Assembly: GCA_036785375.1 (NCBI GenBank)
Contig: JAWMAR010000201.1
Coordinates: 558,001 to 622,000 of the forward strand
Source: Leucoraja ocellata
Lineage: Eukaryota
DNA: 64,000 nt
Direction: 5' to 3'
The position numbers and the translations under genes are program-made. Every line of letters starts with the position of its first letter. Positions within the stretch are counted from its first letter, which is position 1. The notes under the pieces are model-generated. The model saw only the letters and a list, made by a program, of their open reading frames with translations. It was not told where the DNA came from and did no database searches. Positions 1-11,804 of this stretch are shown here, one piece after another.

Positions 1-1680
1 GGAGTTAAAATTGGCATGTAACAAAGATAATGCCACTGTGGTTATGAGAGATTTCAATATGCAGATAGATTGGGAAAATCAGGTTGGTTCTGGACCCCAA
101 AAAAGGGAGTTTGTAGATTGCCTCCGAGATGGATTCTTAGAGCAGCTTGTACTGGAGCCTGCCAGATAGAAGGCAATTCTGGATTTAGTGATGTCTAATG
201 AACCAGATTTAATAAGGGAACTCAAGGTAAAGGAACCGCTAGGAGGTCGTGACCATAATACGATGAGTTTTAATCTGCAATTTGAGGGAAAAGGTTAAAT
301 CAGAAGTATCAGTGTTGCAATCGAACAAAGGGGGCAATGAAGGCATGAGAGAGGAGCTGGCCAAGATTGACTGGAAAAGGATCCTAGCAGGAATGACCGT
401 GGAACAGCAATGGCAGGAATTTCTGGGCATAATCTGGACGATGTTGGATCATTTCATTCCAAAAGGGAAGAAAGATTCTAAGGGGAGTAAAGGGCCACCG
501 TGGCTGAAGAGAAGTTAGGGATTAAATAAAACTAAAAGGTGTATAACATAGCAAAGAAGCCAGAGAATTGGGAAACTTTCAAAAGACAACAGAAGGTAAC
601 AAAAAGGGCAATACGGGGTGAACAAATGAAGTACGAGGCTGAACAAGGAGACAGATTATTATCTCAATGGTGTCAGATTAGGAAAAAGGGAAGTGCAACG
701 AGACCTGGGTGTCCTTGTACACCAGTCACTGAAAGTAAACATGCAGGTATAGCAGGCAGTGAAGAAAGCTAATGGCATGTTGAGCTTCATAATGAGAGGA
801 TTTGAGTAAAGGAGTAAAGAGGTCCTTCTGCAGTTGTACAGGGCCCTGGTGAGACCATATCTGGAGTATTGTGTGCAGTTTTGGTTTCCTAATTTGAGGA
901 AGGACATCCTTGCTATTGAGCTGAAGAAGGAACTACAGATGCTGGAAAATCGAAGGTACACAAAAATGCTGGAGAAACTCAGCGGGTGCAGCAGCATCTA
1001 TGGAGCGAAGGAAATAGGCAACGTTTCGGGCCGAAACCAAGGGTTTCGGCCCGAAACGCTGCCTATTTCCTTCGCTCCATAGATGCTGCTGCACCCGCTG
1101 AGTTTCACCCGCATTTTTGTGTACCTTCCTTGCAATTGAGGCAATGCAGCGTTCACGAGGTTAATCCCCGGGATGGCGGGACTGTCATATGAGGAAAAGA
1201 CTGGGCTTGTATTCACTGGAATTGAGAAGGATGAGAGGATATCTTATAGAAATGTATAAAATTGTAAAAGGACTGGACATGCTAGATGCAGGACATTTTT
1301 TCCCCAATATTGGGGGAGTCCAGAACCAGGGGCCACAGTCTAAGAATAAAGGGGAGGCCATTTAAAACTGAGATGAGAAAATACTTTTTCACCCAGAGCG
1401 TTATGAATTTGTGGAATTCCCTGCCACAGAAGGCAGTCAAGACCAATCCTTTGGATGAATTTAAAAGAGAGTTGGATAGAGCTCTAGGGGCTAGCAGAAT
1501 CAAGGGATATGGGGAGAAGGCAAGTCACTGATTGTGGATGATCAGCCATGATCACAATTAATGGCGGTGCAGGCTTGGAGGGCCAAATGGCCTCCTCCTG
1601 CACCTATTTTGAATTATCATATTGAATGGTGATGCTGGCTAGATGGGTTGAATGGCCTACACCTGCACCTATTTTCTATG
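1..1680 (+). mobile_element. Degenerate CR1 (HER1-type) LINE fragments: ORF2 pieces and 3' UTR
   Basis: Frameshifted peptides such as MREELAKIDW, YRALVRPYLEYCVQFW and VMNLWNSLPQKAV match the CR1 ORF2 at 3326-6306. The 3' UTR ends gcacctatttt(ctatg). Confidence 0.85.
921..1126. mobile_element. Short Penelope-derived element inserted as an inverted pair (about 85-bp arms)
   Basis: 953-1037 is the near-perfect reverse complement of 1042-1127. It is flanked by an imperfect 14-bp duplication of host CR1 sequence (tccttgctattgag 907-920, tccttgcaattgag 1127-1140). The sequence matches the 3' end of the Penelope element near 2160-2230. Confidence 0.7.
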
Positions 1681-2119
1681 TTGCCTTACGTTTGCCTGCC
1701 GTGCCATTGATTCTAATAGGGACGTGCATGTCCTGAGCTCTTGTTAGCACACATCCCACTTTCCTGACGTTCCTTTTCCTTCAAACAACTTACTCCAATC
1801 AACTTGAGCAAGTCTCTCTCTCTTACCCTCAAAGTTGGCCTACTCCAATTTAGCATTTTAATGGGCTCTCTCTGTCCCTATTCATAACTATCTTAAACTA
1901 ACCAAGCAGTGGTCACAGGTCCCAAAAGGCTCCTCCATGAACAACACTTCATCCACTTGCCCCACCCAATTTCCCAAGAATAGATCAAGTGTTGCCCTCT
2001 CCCATGTGGGGCTCTCTACATATTGCTGGAGAAAGCTCTCCTGAACACTTGACAAATTGCACCCCTTCTAAACCTTTCACATTATGATCTTTCCTAATAT
2101 GACCTAATAAACGAATGCA

Positions 2120-3258
2120 AAAAAGCTAAGGAAATACTTAATTGACTGTAGCGGGTAAACTCAGCAGGTGAGGCAGCATCTATGGAGCGAAGGAAATAGG
2201 CAACGTTTTGGACCAAAACCCTTCTTCAGATTGATGTGAGGGTGGGGGGGGGCGGGAAGAAGAAAGGAAGAGGAGGAGCCAGTGGGCTGAGGGAGAGCTG
2301 AGAAGGGGAGGGGAAAGTGGGGACTATCTGAAATTAGAGAAGTCAATGTTCATACCGCTGGGGTGCAAACTGCCCAAGCGAAATACAAGGTGCTGCTTCT
2401 CCATTTTGCGGTGGTCCTCACTCTGGCCATGGAGGACGCCGAGGACAGAAAGTTCGGATTCGGAATAGGAGGGGGAGTTGAAGTGCTGAGCCACGGGGAG
2501 ATCAGGTAGGTTATTGCGAACCGAGCGGAGGTGTTCGGCGAAGCGATCGCCAAGCCTACGCTTGGTTTCACCGATGTAGAGCAGCTGACATCTAGAGCAG
2601 CGGATGCAATAGATGGGGTTGGAGGAGGTGCAGGTGAACCTCTGCCACACCTGGAAAGACTGCTTGGGTCCTTGAATGGAGTCAAGGGGGGAGGTAAAGC
2701 GACAAGTGTAGCATTTCTTGCAGTTGCAAATGAAAGGTGAGGACAAGGGGGACTCTGCCCTTGTTACGAGTGGGGGGGGGGGGGGGGATGGGGAGTGAGA
2801 GTAGAGTCACGGGATATAGAAGAGACCCTGGTGAGTGCCTCATCTATGGTAGAAGAGGGGAACCCCCGTTCCATGAAGAATGAGGACATCTCCGATGGCC
2901 TGGTGTGGAACACCTCATCCTGGGTGCAGATGCGGCGTAGACGGAGGAATTGGGAGTAGGGGATGGAGTCCTTACAGGAAGCAGTGTAGTCCAGATAGCC
3001 ATAGGAGTCAGTGGGTTTATAGTGGATGTCGGTCAGGAGTCTATCACCTGCGATGGAGATAGTGGGGTCAAGAAATGGTAGGGAAATGTCGGAAATGGTC
3101 CAGGTGTATTTGAGTGCCGGATGGAAGTTAGTAGTAAAATGGATGAAGTCAGTGAGTTGTGTGTGGGCGCAGGAGGTAGCACCAATGCAGTCGTCGATGT
3201 AGCGAAGGCAGAGTTCGGGGATAGGGCCACGGTACGTCTCCAACAAGGATTGTTCAAC
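2120..3258 (-). mobile_element. Penelope-like retroelement, 3' part (RT C-terminus and GIY-YIG endonuclease)
   Basis: ORF 2764-3246 has the RT motif LRYIDD and the thumb motifs KPTDS and SIPYSQFLRLRRIC. ORF 2324-2746 has the GIY-YIG motif IYCIRCSRCQLLYIGETKRRLGDRFAEH. Confidence 0.9.
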
Positions 3259-6200
3259 TGGGCTGGAATGGAACCAATGTCCTTGGGGGGGTGTTTGCTA
3301 CTGCTGTCGGGGAGGATTTAAACTAATGTGGCAGGGGGATGGGTACAAGAGCAGAGGGGCAGGGGGGTGTAAAATGAAGGTAGAAGCAATAGGTAGCAAG
3401 GTGAAAAGTAAAAGTGGCAGGCAGACAAAACCAGGGCAAAAATCAAAAAGGGCCACTTTTCAACATAATTGTATAAGGGGTAAGAGCGTTGTAAAAACAA
3501 GCCTGAAGGCTTTGTGTCTCAATGCAATGAGTATTCGTAATAAGGTGGATGAGTTGAACGTGCAGATAGCCATTAATGATTATGATATAGTTGGGATCAC
3601 GGAGACATGGCTCCAGGGTGACCAAGGCTGGGAGCTGAACATCCCGGGATATTCAATATTCAGGAGGGATAGAGAGAAAGGAAAAGGAGGTGGGGTAGTG
3701 TTGCTGGTTAGAGAGGAGATTAACGCAATGGAAAGGAAGGACATTAGTCTGGAGGATGTGGAATCGGTATGGGTAGAGCTGCGAAACAATAAGGGGCAGA
3801 AAACGCTGGTGGGTGTTGTGTACAGGCCACCTAACAGTAGTAGTGAAGTTGGGGATGGCATCAAACAGGAAATTAGAAATGCTTGTGACAAAGGCAAAGC
3901 AGTTATAATGGGTGACTTCAATCTACATATAGATTGGGTGAATCAAACTGGCAGGGGTGCTGAGGAAGAGGATTTCTTGGAATGTATGCGGGATAGTTAT
4001 CTAAACCAACATGTAGAGGAACCAACGAGAGAGCTGGCTATTTTAGACTGGGTATTGAGTAATGAGGAAGGGTTAGTTAGTAGTCTTGTTGTGCGTGGCC
4101 CCTTGGGCAAGAGTGACCATAATATGGTTGAGTTCTTCATTAGGATGGAGAGTGACATTGTTAATTCAGAAACAATGGTTTTGAACTTAAAGAAAGGTAA
4201 CTTTGAGGGTATGAGACGTGAATTGGCCAAGATTGACTGGCAATTAATTCTAAAAGGGTTGACAGTGGATATGCAATGGAAGGCATTTAAAGACTGCATG
4301 GATGAACTACAAAAATTGTTCATCCCAGTTTGGCAAAAGAATAAATCAGGGAAGGTAGTGCATCCGTGGATAACAAGGGAAATCAGGGATAGTATCAAAG
4401 CAAAGGATGATGCGTACAAACTAGCCAGAAAAAGCAGCATACCGGAGGACTGGGAGAAATTCAGAGACCAGCAGAGGAGGACGAAGGGCTTAATTAGAAA
4501 AGGAAAAATGGATTATGAAAGAAAACTGGCAGTGAACATAAAAACTGACTGCAAAAGTTTTTATAGATATGTGAAAAGAAAGAGATTAGTTAAAACAAAT
4601 GTAGGTCCCTTGCAGTCAGAAACAGGTGAGTTGATCATGGGGAACCAGGATATGGCGGACCAATTGAATAACTACTTTGGTTCTGTCTTCACTAAGGAAG
4701 ACATAAATGATCTGCCGGAAATAGCAGGGGCCCGCGGGTCAAAGGAGGTGGAGAAATTGAGTGAAATCCAGGTTAGTCGGGAAGTGGTGTTGGGTAAATT
4801 GAATGGATTAAAGGCCGATAAATCCCCAGGGCCAGATAGGCTGCATCCCAGAGTACTTAAGGAAGTAGCTCCAGAAATAGTGGATGCATTAGTAATAATC
4901 TTTCAAAACTCTTTAGATTCTGGAGTAGTTCCAGAGGATTGGCGGGTAGCAAACGTAACCCCACTTTTTAAGAAGGGAGGGAGAGAGAAAACGGGGAATT
5001 ACAGACCAGTTAGCCTAACATCGGTAGTGGGGAAACTGCTAGAGTCAGTTATTAAAGATGGGATAGCAGCACATTTGGAAAGTGGTGAAATCATTGGACA
5101 AAGTCAGCATGGATTTACGAAAGGTAAATCATGTCTGACGAATCTTATAGAATTTTTCGAGGATGTAACTAGTAGCGTGGATAGGGGAGAACCAGTGGAT
5201 GTGGTGTATCTGGACTTCCAGAAGGCTTTCGACAAGGTCCCACATAAGAGATTAGTATACAAACTTAAAGCACATGGCATTGGGGGTTCAGTATTGATGT
5301 GGATAGAGAACTGGCTGGCAAACAGGAAGCAAAGAGTAGGAGTAAACGGGTCCTTTTCACAATGGCAGGCAGTGACTAGTGGGGTACCGCAAGGCTCAGT
5401 ACTGGGACCCCAGCTATTTACAATATATATTAATGATCTGGATGAGGGAATTGAAGGCAATATCTCCAAGTTTGCGGATGACACTAAGCTGGGGGGCAGT
5501 GTTAGGTGTGAGGAGGATGCTAGGAGACTGCAAGGTGACTTGGATAGGCTGGGTGAGTGGGCAAATGTTTGGCAGATGCAGTTTAATGTGGATAAATGTG
5601 AGGTTATCCATTTTGGTGGCCAAAACGGGAAAGCAGATTATTATCTAAACGGTGGCCGATTGGGAAAAGGGGAGATGCAGCGAGACCTGGGTGTCATGGT
5701 ACACCAGTCATTGAAGGCATGCAGGTGCAGCAGGCAGTAAAGAAAGCGAATGGCATGTTGGCTTTCATAGCAAGAGGATTTGAGTATAGGAGCAGGGAGG
5801 TTCTACTGCAGTTGTATAGGGTCTTGGTGAGACCACACCTGGAGTATTGCGTGCAGTTTTGGTCTCCAAATCTGAGGAAGGACATTATTGCCATAGAGGG
5901 AGTGCAGAGAAGGTTCACCAGACTGATTCCTGGGATGTCAGGACTGTCTTATGAAGAAAGACTGGATAGACTTGGTTTATACTCTCTAGAATTTAGGAGA
6001 TTGAGAGGGGATCTTATAGAAACTTACAAAATTCTTAAGGGGTTGGACAGGCTAGATGCAGGAAGATTGTTCCCGATGTTGGGGAAGTCCAGGACAAGGG
6101 GTCACAGCTTAAGGATAAGGGGGAAATCCTTTAAAACCGAGATGAGGAGAACTTTTTTCACACAGAGAGTGGTGAATCTCTGGAACTCTCTGCCACAGAG

Positions 6201-6396
6201 GGTAGTTGAGGCCAGTTCATTGGCTATATTTAAGAGGGAGTTAGATGTGGCCCTTGTGGCCAAGGGGATCAGAGGGTATGGAGAGAAGGCAGGTACGGGA
6301 TACTGAGTTGGATGATCAGCCATGATCATATTAAATGGCTGTGCAGGCTCGAAGGGCCGAATGGCCTACTCCTGCACCTAATTTCTATGTTTCTAT
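3259..6396 (+). mobile_element. Young 5'-truncated CR1 (HER1-type) LINE nested in the Penelope element
   Basis: Contains APE+RT ORF2 and ends in the (ttctatgt)n tail. The Penelope RT frame rejoins exactly across it. Confidence 0.95.
3326..6306 (+). pseudogene. CR1 ORF2 (apurinic endonuclease + reverse transcriptase), one frameshift near 5715
   Basis: 804-aa ORF ([32 protein letters not shown]) plus a 195-aa continuation. ttgaaggcatg here versus ttgaaagtaggcatg in the sister copy near 30940 indicates a 4-bp deletion. Confidence 0.9.
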
Positions 6397-6775
6397 GTAC
6401 CCTACATAGAGGCAGGCATAGCTAGGGCCCATGTGCGTACCCATAGCTACACCTTGTATTTGGAGGAAATGGGAGGAGTCCAACGAAAAGTTATTAAGGG
6501 TAAGGACCAGCTCCGCTAGGCGGAGGAGAGTATCTTGGTTCTCCGGTCGAGGAAGAAACGGAGGGCTTTGAGACCCTCCTGGTGGGGGATGGAGGTGTAG
6601 AGTGATTGGACATCCATGGTGAAGATGAGGGAATGGGGGCCTAGAAAATGGAAGTCTTGGAGTAGACGAAGAGCGTGTGAGGCGTCTTGAACATAGGTAG
6701 GGTGGGATTTAACCAGGGGGGAAAGGATGGAGTCGTGGTATGTGGAAATAAGTTCGGTAGGACATGAACAATCGA
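6397..6775 (-). mobile_element. Penelope-like retroelement, upstream RT part
   Basis: The minus strand reads AMGTHMGPSYACLYVGY and continues as VEQSLLETY from 3258. Confidence 0.85.
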
Positions 6776-6879
6776 TTGTTTTTATTAGACTTTCTCACTC
6801 ACTCAGAAAGAACATTTGACATCCAGTGCCTTTTACTTGGTATAAATAATTGGCATATATAAATCTCACAATACAGAAT

Positions 6880-8570
6880 TCATGGTGGGAAGTGAGGGTG
6901 AACGTGGAAGATTGTTTCTCGGCAGGAGGTCAGTTACTAATGGTGTGCATCAGGGATTGGTACTTTTTGTCATCTATATCAACGATTTGGATGAGAATGT
7001 ACAAGGCACAATTGGCATGTTTGCAAATGACACTAAAATGGGTGGTATCGTAGATAGTGATACAATACGATAGAACTTTATTAATCCCAGGATGGAAATT
7101 GATCTGCCAACAGTCATAAAACACAAAATACATGAAACATGAAATTAAAGTGACGAGTGGAAAGGATTGGGGATGTGCAAAGATTGGGGAGGGTCTATCT
7201 CACAACAGAAGGGGAGGAGTTGTACAGTTTAATAGCCACAGGGAAGAAGGATCTCCTGTGGTATTCTGTACTGCATCTTGGTGGAACCAGTCTGTTGCTG
7301 AAGGTACTCCTCAGGTTGACCAGTGTGTCATGGAGGGGGTGAGCTGTATTGTCCAAGATGCTCCGCAGTTTATAAGGAGCATCCTCCCCTCCAAGGCCAC
7401 CTTCAATGAATCCAATTCTGCCGCCAGGACGGAGCCAGCCTTCCTGATGAGTTTGTTTATCCCATTGGCATCTGCGGTCTTCGCCCTGCTGCCCCAGCAC
7501 ACAACAGCAAAGAAGATGGCACTGGCTACTACCGATTGGTAGAACATCTGCAGCATCTTATTGCAGACGTTGAAGGACAGAGCCTTCTCAAAACGTACAG
7601 CCCGCTCTGTCCCTTCTTGTACAGGGCCTCAGCGTTCCTGGACCAGGTCAGTTTACTATCAAGGTACACTCCAAGGTATTTGTACTACCTGCTAAACTGC
7701 ACGTCCTCTCCTCCTAAAGTCCATCTGAAGATGGTTATCAAGAAATATATTGGGAGCCTGATCAGCTGGCATAAGAATGGCTAAGAAGATTTTAATTAAG
7801 ATATGTGCAAGGCGTCTTGTACTTTGGTAAGTCCATAGTGAACAGTAGGGCCCTGGAATGTTATCAATCAGAGGGATCCAGAAGTACAAGTACATAGCTC
7901 CCTGAAAGTGGCGACACAGATAAACAGGATGGTGAAAAAAGCTTGTAGCATGCTAGCCTTCATCAGTCAGGTAACCGAGTGCAGACGTTAGGATGTAGAA
8001 ACAAGGAATTGCAGATACTGATTTATAAAAAAGTTGGGATATTACGTTACAGATGTAGGCAAATTTGCACATTGAGTATTGTATTCAGTTTTGACCACCC
8101 TGCTATATGAAAGATCCCATTAAGGAGGGAAGAGTGCAAAGATGATTCACGAGGATGTTGCCAAGACTAGAGGGCTTGAGCTACAGGGAGATGATGCGCA
8201 GGCTAGAACTTTGTTCCTTGATATACAAGAGGTTGAATGCTGAATTTACAGAGATGTAAATAACCATGAGGGCAATGAAGAGAGTACATAGGACAAAGCC
8301 CTTATCCCAGGGCAGGGGATTAAAAAGTTAGAGGGCGCAGGTTTAAGGTGAGAGGGCAAAGATTAAATAGGAACTCTTTTGGGAAAATGGTACAAGCTGC
8401 TTGGGGAAGGAATTGAGGCAAGCACAATAACAACATTCAAAAGACACTTGGACAGGTACATGGATAGGAAAGGTTTAGAGGAACATGGGTCAAATGCGGG
8501 CAAATTGGACTAGTGCAGATGATGCAGTGGACAGCATGAACGTTGAGCCGAAGGGCTTGTTTCCGTACTG
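6880..8570 (+). mobile_element. Old CR1 LINE fragment interrupted by a Rex1/Babar element
   Basis: [25 protein letters not shown] remnant and a degenerate CR1 3' region. Confidence 0.7.
7060..7715 (-). mobile_element. Rex1/Babar-type LINE 3' fragment
   Basis: MLQMFYQSVVASAIFFAVVCWG and RRSFFPVAIKLYN are typical Rex1/Babar C-terminal peptides. AATAAA and a short-repeat tail lie at 7060-7082 on the minus strand. Confidence 0.75.
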
Positions 8571-9040
8571 TCCGACTATCCCACTAGGACCCAATTCCCC
8601 ACTCACTTTAAACTCACCGGTCCCTGTTCCCCACTCACCAAGACCAGGTTTTCCCACTTATTTTAAACTTACTGGGACCTTGCTCCCCAATCCCTTTAAA
8701 GAGACCATGCTCTCTACACTTATTTTAATCTCACCATTATAGTAGGTAGACCACTTCACAGACTGCCTCATAGTGGAATATTGAGCTCACATAGGAAAGC
8801 TGCACAATATTGAGGTGCCATAGTGATGATGAATGGAGATTTCACCTGTACTCTCTCAGACTGGGAAAGCAATGTGTAACAACCCGATACAGCATTGGCT
8901 TAACAGCATATAAAACATTCTAGATCAATACATTTCTGACCTCATGACCGCGGCTCTATGCGACTTTGTTCTACGAAATCAGTCAGGACGCCCCCCTCAC
9001 CCGATTGCCCCACCCCCTGCCTCCCACCGCAGTAGCTTAC

Positions 9041-9365
9041 CGGTCTTGCGCCGCTTAAGTGTGACGTAGGGCAGCAGGTCGTGTCGGGTGATGATGCGCA
9101 GGAGTTGCAGAACATGTTGGAAGTTGGTCTCATCACAGCGGCCCTGCCGCTCTAGGGCCAGGAAGAAGTCACGGCCGCTGCGGATCAGTCCCCGCTCGTA
9201 GTCAGCAATGACGTCGACGAAGAGGAAGGAGAGGACGCGGACGTCCCGGTGGGTGAGCTGGGCCCCCACGATCTGGAACATGCGGTGCAACGAGTGCAGC
9301 CCGTGCTGCTTGCTCAGTTGCTCCTCCGGCCACTGCTGGCCATTCCTCTTCCCGCTGGCCGCCAT
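9041..9365 (-). CDS. DEDD: Death effector domain-containing protein, first coding exon (DED)
   Basis: MAASGKRNGQQWPEE...HGLHSLHRMFQIVGAQLTHRDVRVLSFLFVDVIADYERGLIRSGRDFFLALERQGRCDETNFQHVLQLLRIITRHDLLPYVTLKRRKT is closely similar to the vertebrate DEDD N-terminus. Donor G|gtaagc at 9041/9040 (phase 1). Likely acceptor is a poly-C tract + tttgcag, with the exon starting at 9613. No downstream exons were seen in the window. Confidence 0.95.
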
Positions 9366-10439
9366 GAGGGAAGGGGTGAGGGGGCAGTGGGCGATGAAGA
9401 GAAACACCTTCCCAGTGCACAGAAATCACCTCCCCCCACCCCCACCTCTTTCTTGCAAGAGGGGGACTCGTGAGTGCGACACCGGGCAGTCAGACTCTCT
9501 CGTGTTGCATCACATCCCCCCCCCCCCTCTCCCCCACCAACTCAGGAGAAATCCCTGCCTTCCTACGAAAGGCCTTCCCAACTTTTTTCCACTACACCTA
9601 GCCCAGACAGACTCTGCAAAGGGGGGGGGGGGGGGGGGGGGGTTATCAAAGCCTTCTCTAGCAGGTGGGATTTAAAGGAGAGGTGGGGTAAGAGGTTAGC
9701 AGGGCAAAGTAACTTTGTTGTAGTGAAGAAGAGTTCAGACTGAGGATGGAAGAGATGGAAGATCCCTTGGAGTTAAAATCAGCACCAAAAAGTATGTGGG
9801 TGCAATGCACTGGAGCCTTACTTTGTAATAATTAACACGGGATCAGAATACCTTCAAATTGATGATTGTAACCTTTCTCCTAATGAAAAGAGCCAATAAA
9901 TATGTTGCTTCGTAACAAAAGTCCAGCCAGTCTACCAATAGTGGCTTAAAGGCTAAACAAAACAACCGAGCGAAAAAGTTAAGTTTTTGACAAGAGAGGG
10001 AAGGTTAAACAGAGTCTTCGGGTTAAAATGTGGAAGGTGGGTGCCCAGTAGAGGCTGCTCAAGGCAGACTTTGAGCTTCGTGGATGGATGGCAAGAAAAG
10101 GCAACCGGTCGAAAAAGGCGAATATAACCCACGAACCAATCAAAACCTTGCTGCAGAAAGCGAGGGAGGACAGCGTAGTAGATTGTGTTTCTCTTGTAGT
10201 TCTGGGCAATATCAGGCTACCAGCCCAGAGTAGTCTTGTTGGGGAGCGAGAAGACGCCAAACACCAGGCCCTGGCTGATGGGAAGGGGCTTCCTACTCAA
10301 TATCTTAGTTGTTCTGACCAATGGAGTGGGAGCTTGGGGGATGGTGGAGTTTCACCCAATATCTTCTGCTCCTTTTATATTTTTGTCCTTTTTGCAAAAC
10401 ACCTCCCTCGTCCGTCTGCGGCGTATCTCCTTCGTTTTC

Positions 10440-10940
10440 AGCGCCGTAGCTACCGCCTCCTCCGCTTGTTCAACGCTGCCGTCGCCATCTTCCTCAGCTG
10501 GAAATGGGTGGAACCGCGATGCCGCTCGGGAGTTGTAGTCTCCGTATGCGCGGCCGGCCGTCAGCATTGACGGGACGTAAAAGGAATGGACTACGACTCC
10601 CACAAAGCAGCTGTGTTGACTGTGAAAAGCAAAGATCCTGGTGAAAAGGTGCGGACGGGGGAGACGTTGTGGCCAGTTCGTATGATGGTTGTGCGCTGTT
10701 AAATGAGAGGCGTAGGTTTGTGCAGGGCCACCTGTATCGGCAATGTCGTTGTGAAATTGCCTGCAATACCATAGGACAAGCCGACTAGTGGCCTCGTCGA
10801 ATGGTTGAAACTGCCTTTTGGGAATTGTTCTCTGGTTAAGAAAGGGCTATTTTCGACTCGCCTGCTCTTTTTTTGTGCGGGACTACAATTCCCATAACGT
10901 CAACAAGGCAGAGCCGGAGGAGAATGAGTGGTTTCCGGGC
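10440..10940. promoter_or_regulatory. CpG-rich promoter with three ZNF143/THAP11-type ACTAC(A/G)nnTCCC motifs and a YY1 motif (probable DEDD promoter)
   Basis: GACTACAACTCCC (minus, 10528-10540), GACTACGACTCCC (10589-10601), GACTACAATTCCC (10881-10893), and CGCCATCTT at 10483-10491. Confidence 0.7.
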
Positions 10941-10954
10941 GGAGTGTCACAGCT

Positions 10955-11175
10955 TTCCCCTGACTCTCAGTCTGAAGATGGTTTGTACCCGGAACGTCAC
11001 CTATCCACGTTCTCCCAAGGATGCTGCCTGACCCGCTGAGTTACTACGGAACTTTATTTATTTTTTGTGTAAACCAGCATCTGCAATTTATTGAAGATAG
11101 ACACAAATTACTGGAATAACTCAGCGGGTCAGGCAGCATCTCAGGAGAAAAAGGATAGGTCGAGATCTTCCTTCA
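10955..11175. mobile_element. Two short Penelope-derived elements in opposite orientation
   Basis: tctgaagatgg...gatgctgcctgacccgctgagttact followed by its inverse aactcagcgggtcaggcagcatc...cttcttcag. Confidence 0.6.
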
Positions 11176-11804
11176 GTGATTCTCTCGTGATCCCTTCTGG
11201 AGTTCCTTGTTTGTACTTGTTTCTACACGTATTAGAGTCAATTGGACTACATTACCCACAGAGCACAATGGACAGCGCTGCCAAAGGCAAAATGTATGAA
11301 AACATAAATCAGTAATGAGATCCCTGATAATTGTTTTTTTTCCCCAGCCATATTAATTTTTTTTGTGCATACTCGTTCAGAGATAAAGGCTCATATTTAA
11401 GCTGTTATTTTAGTGGGTGGAGTGGGTCTCCTCTAAGTGCTGATACTAGTCTATCTGTCTATTGCCTCATTCTGGACGCACTTTTTATCTGTACTTTCTC
11501 TGTAATTGTAATAATATTCTGCAGTCAGTTTACTTATATATGGCTTGATTGTACTATGTGTAGTATGGAGACACAGGAGTGCAGATGCTGGAAATGCGAA
11601 TGCAATTGCTGTAGGACTTCGAAGGGTTCCCGATCCGAAACGTCATTTGTCCATTCCCTCGGTCACTTTACCCAGAACTGCTGAATTCCTTCAGTACTTT
11701 GTGGGTTGTTTATGAAAAATATGATTTAAATGAATTCCATACAAACAACACTCCTCGCTGTTTCCCGGTACACATGGCAATATCAATACAAACAGAATTA
11801 CCCT

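Noticed and set aside
10088-10570. 160-aa plus-strand ORF between DEDD and NDUFS2
   Set aside because: No recognisable domain or splice structure. It overlaps the CpG promoter, where open frames arise by chance.
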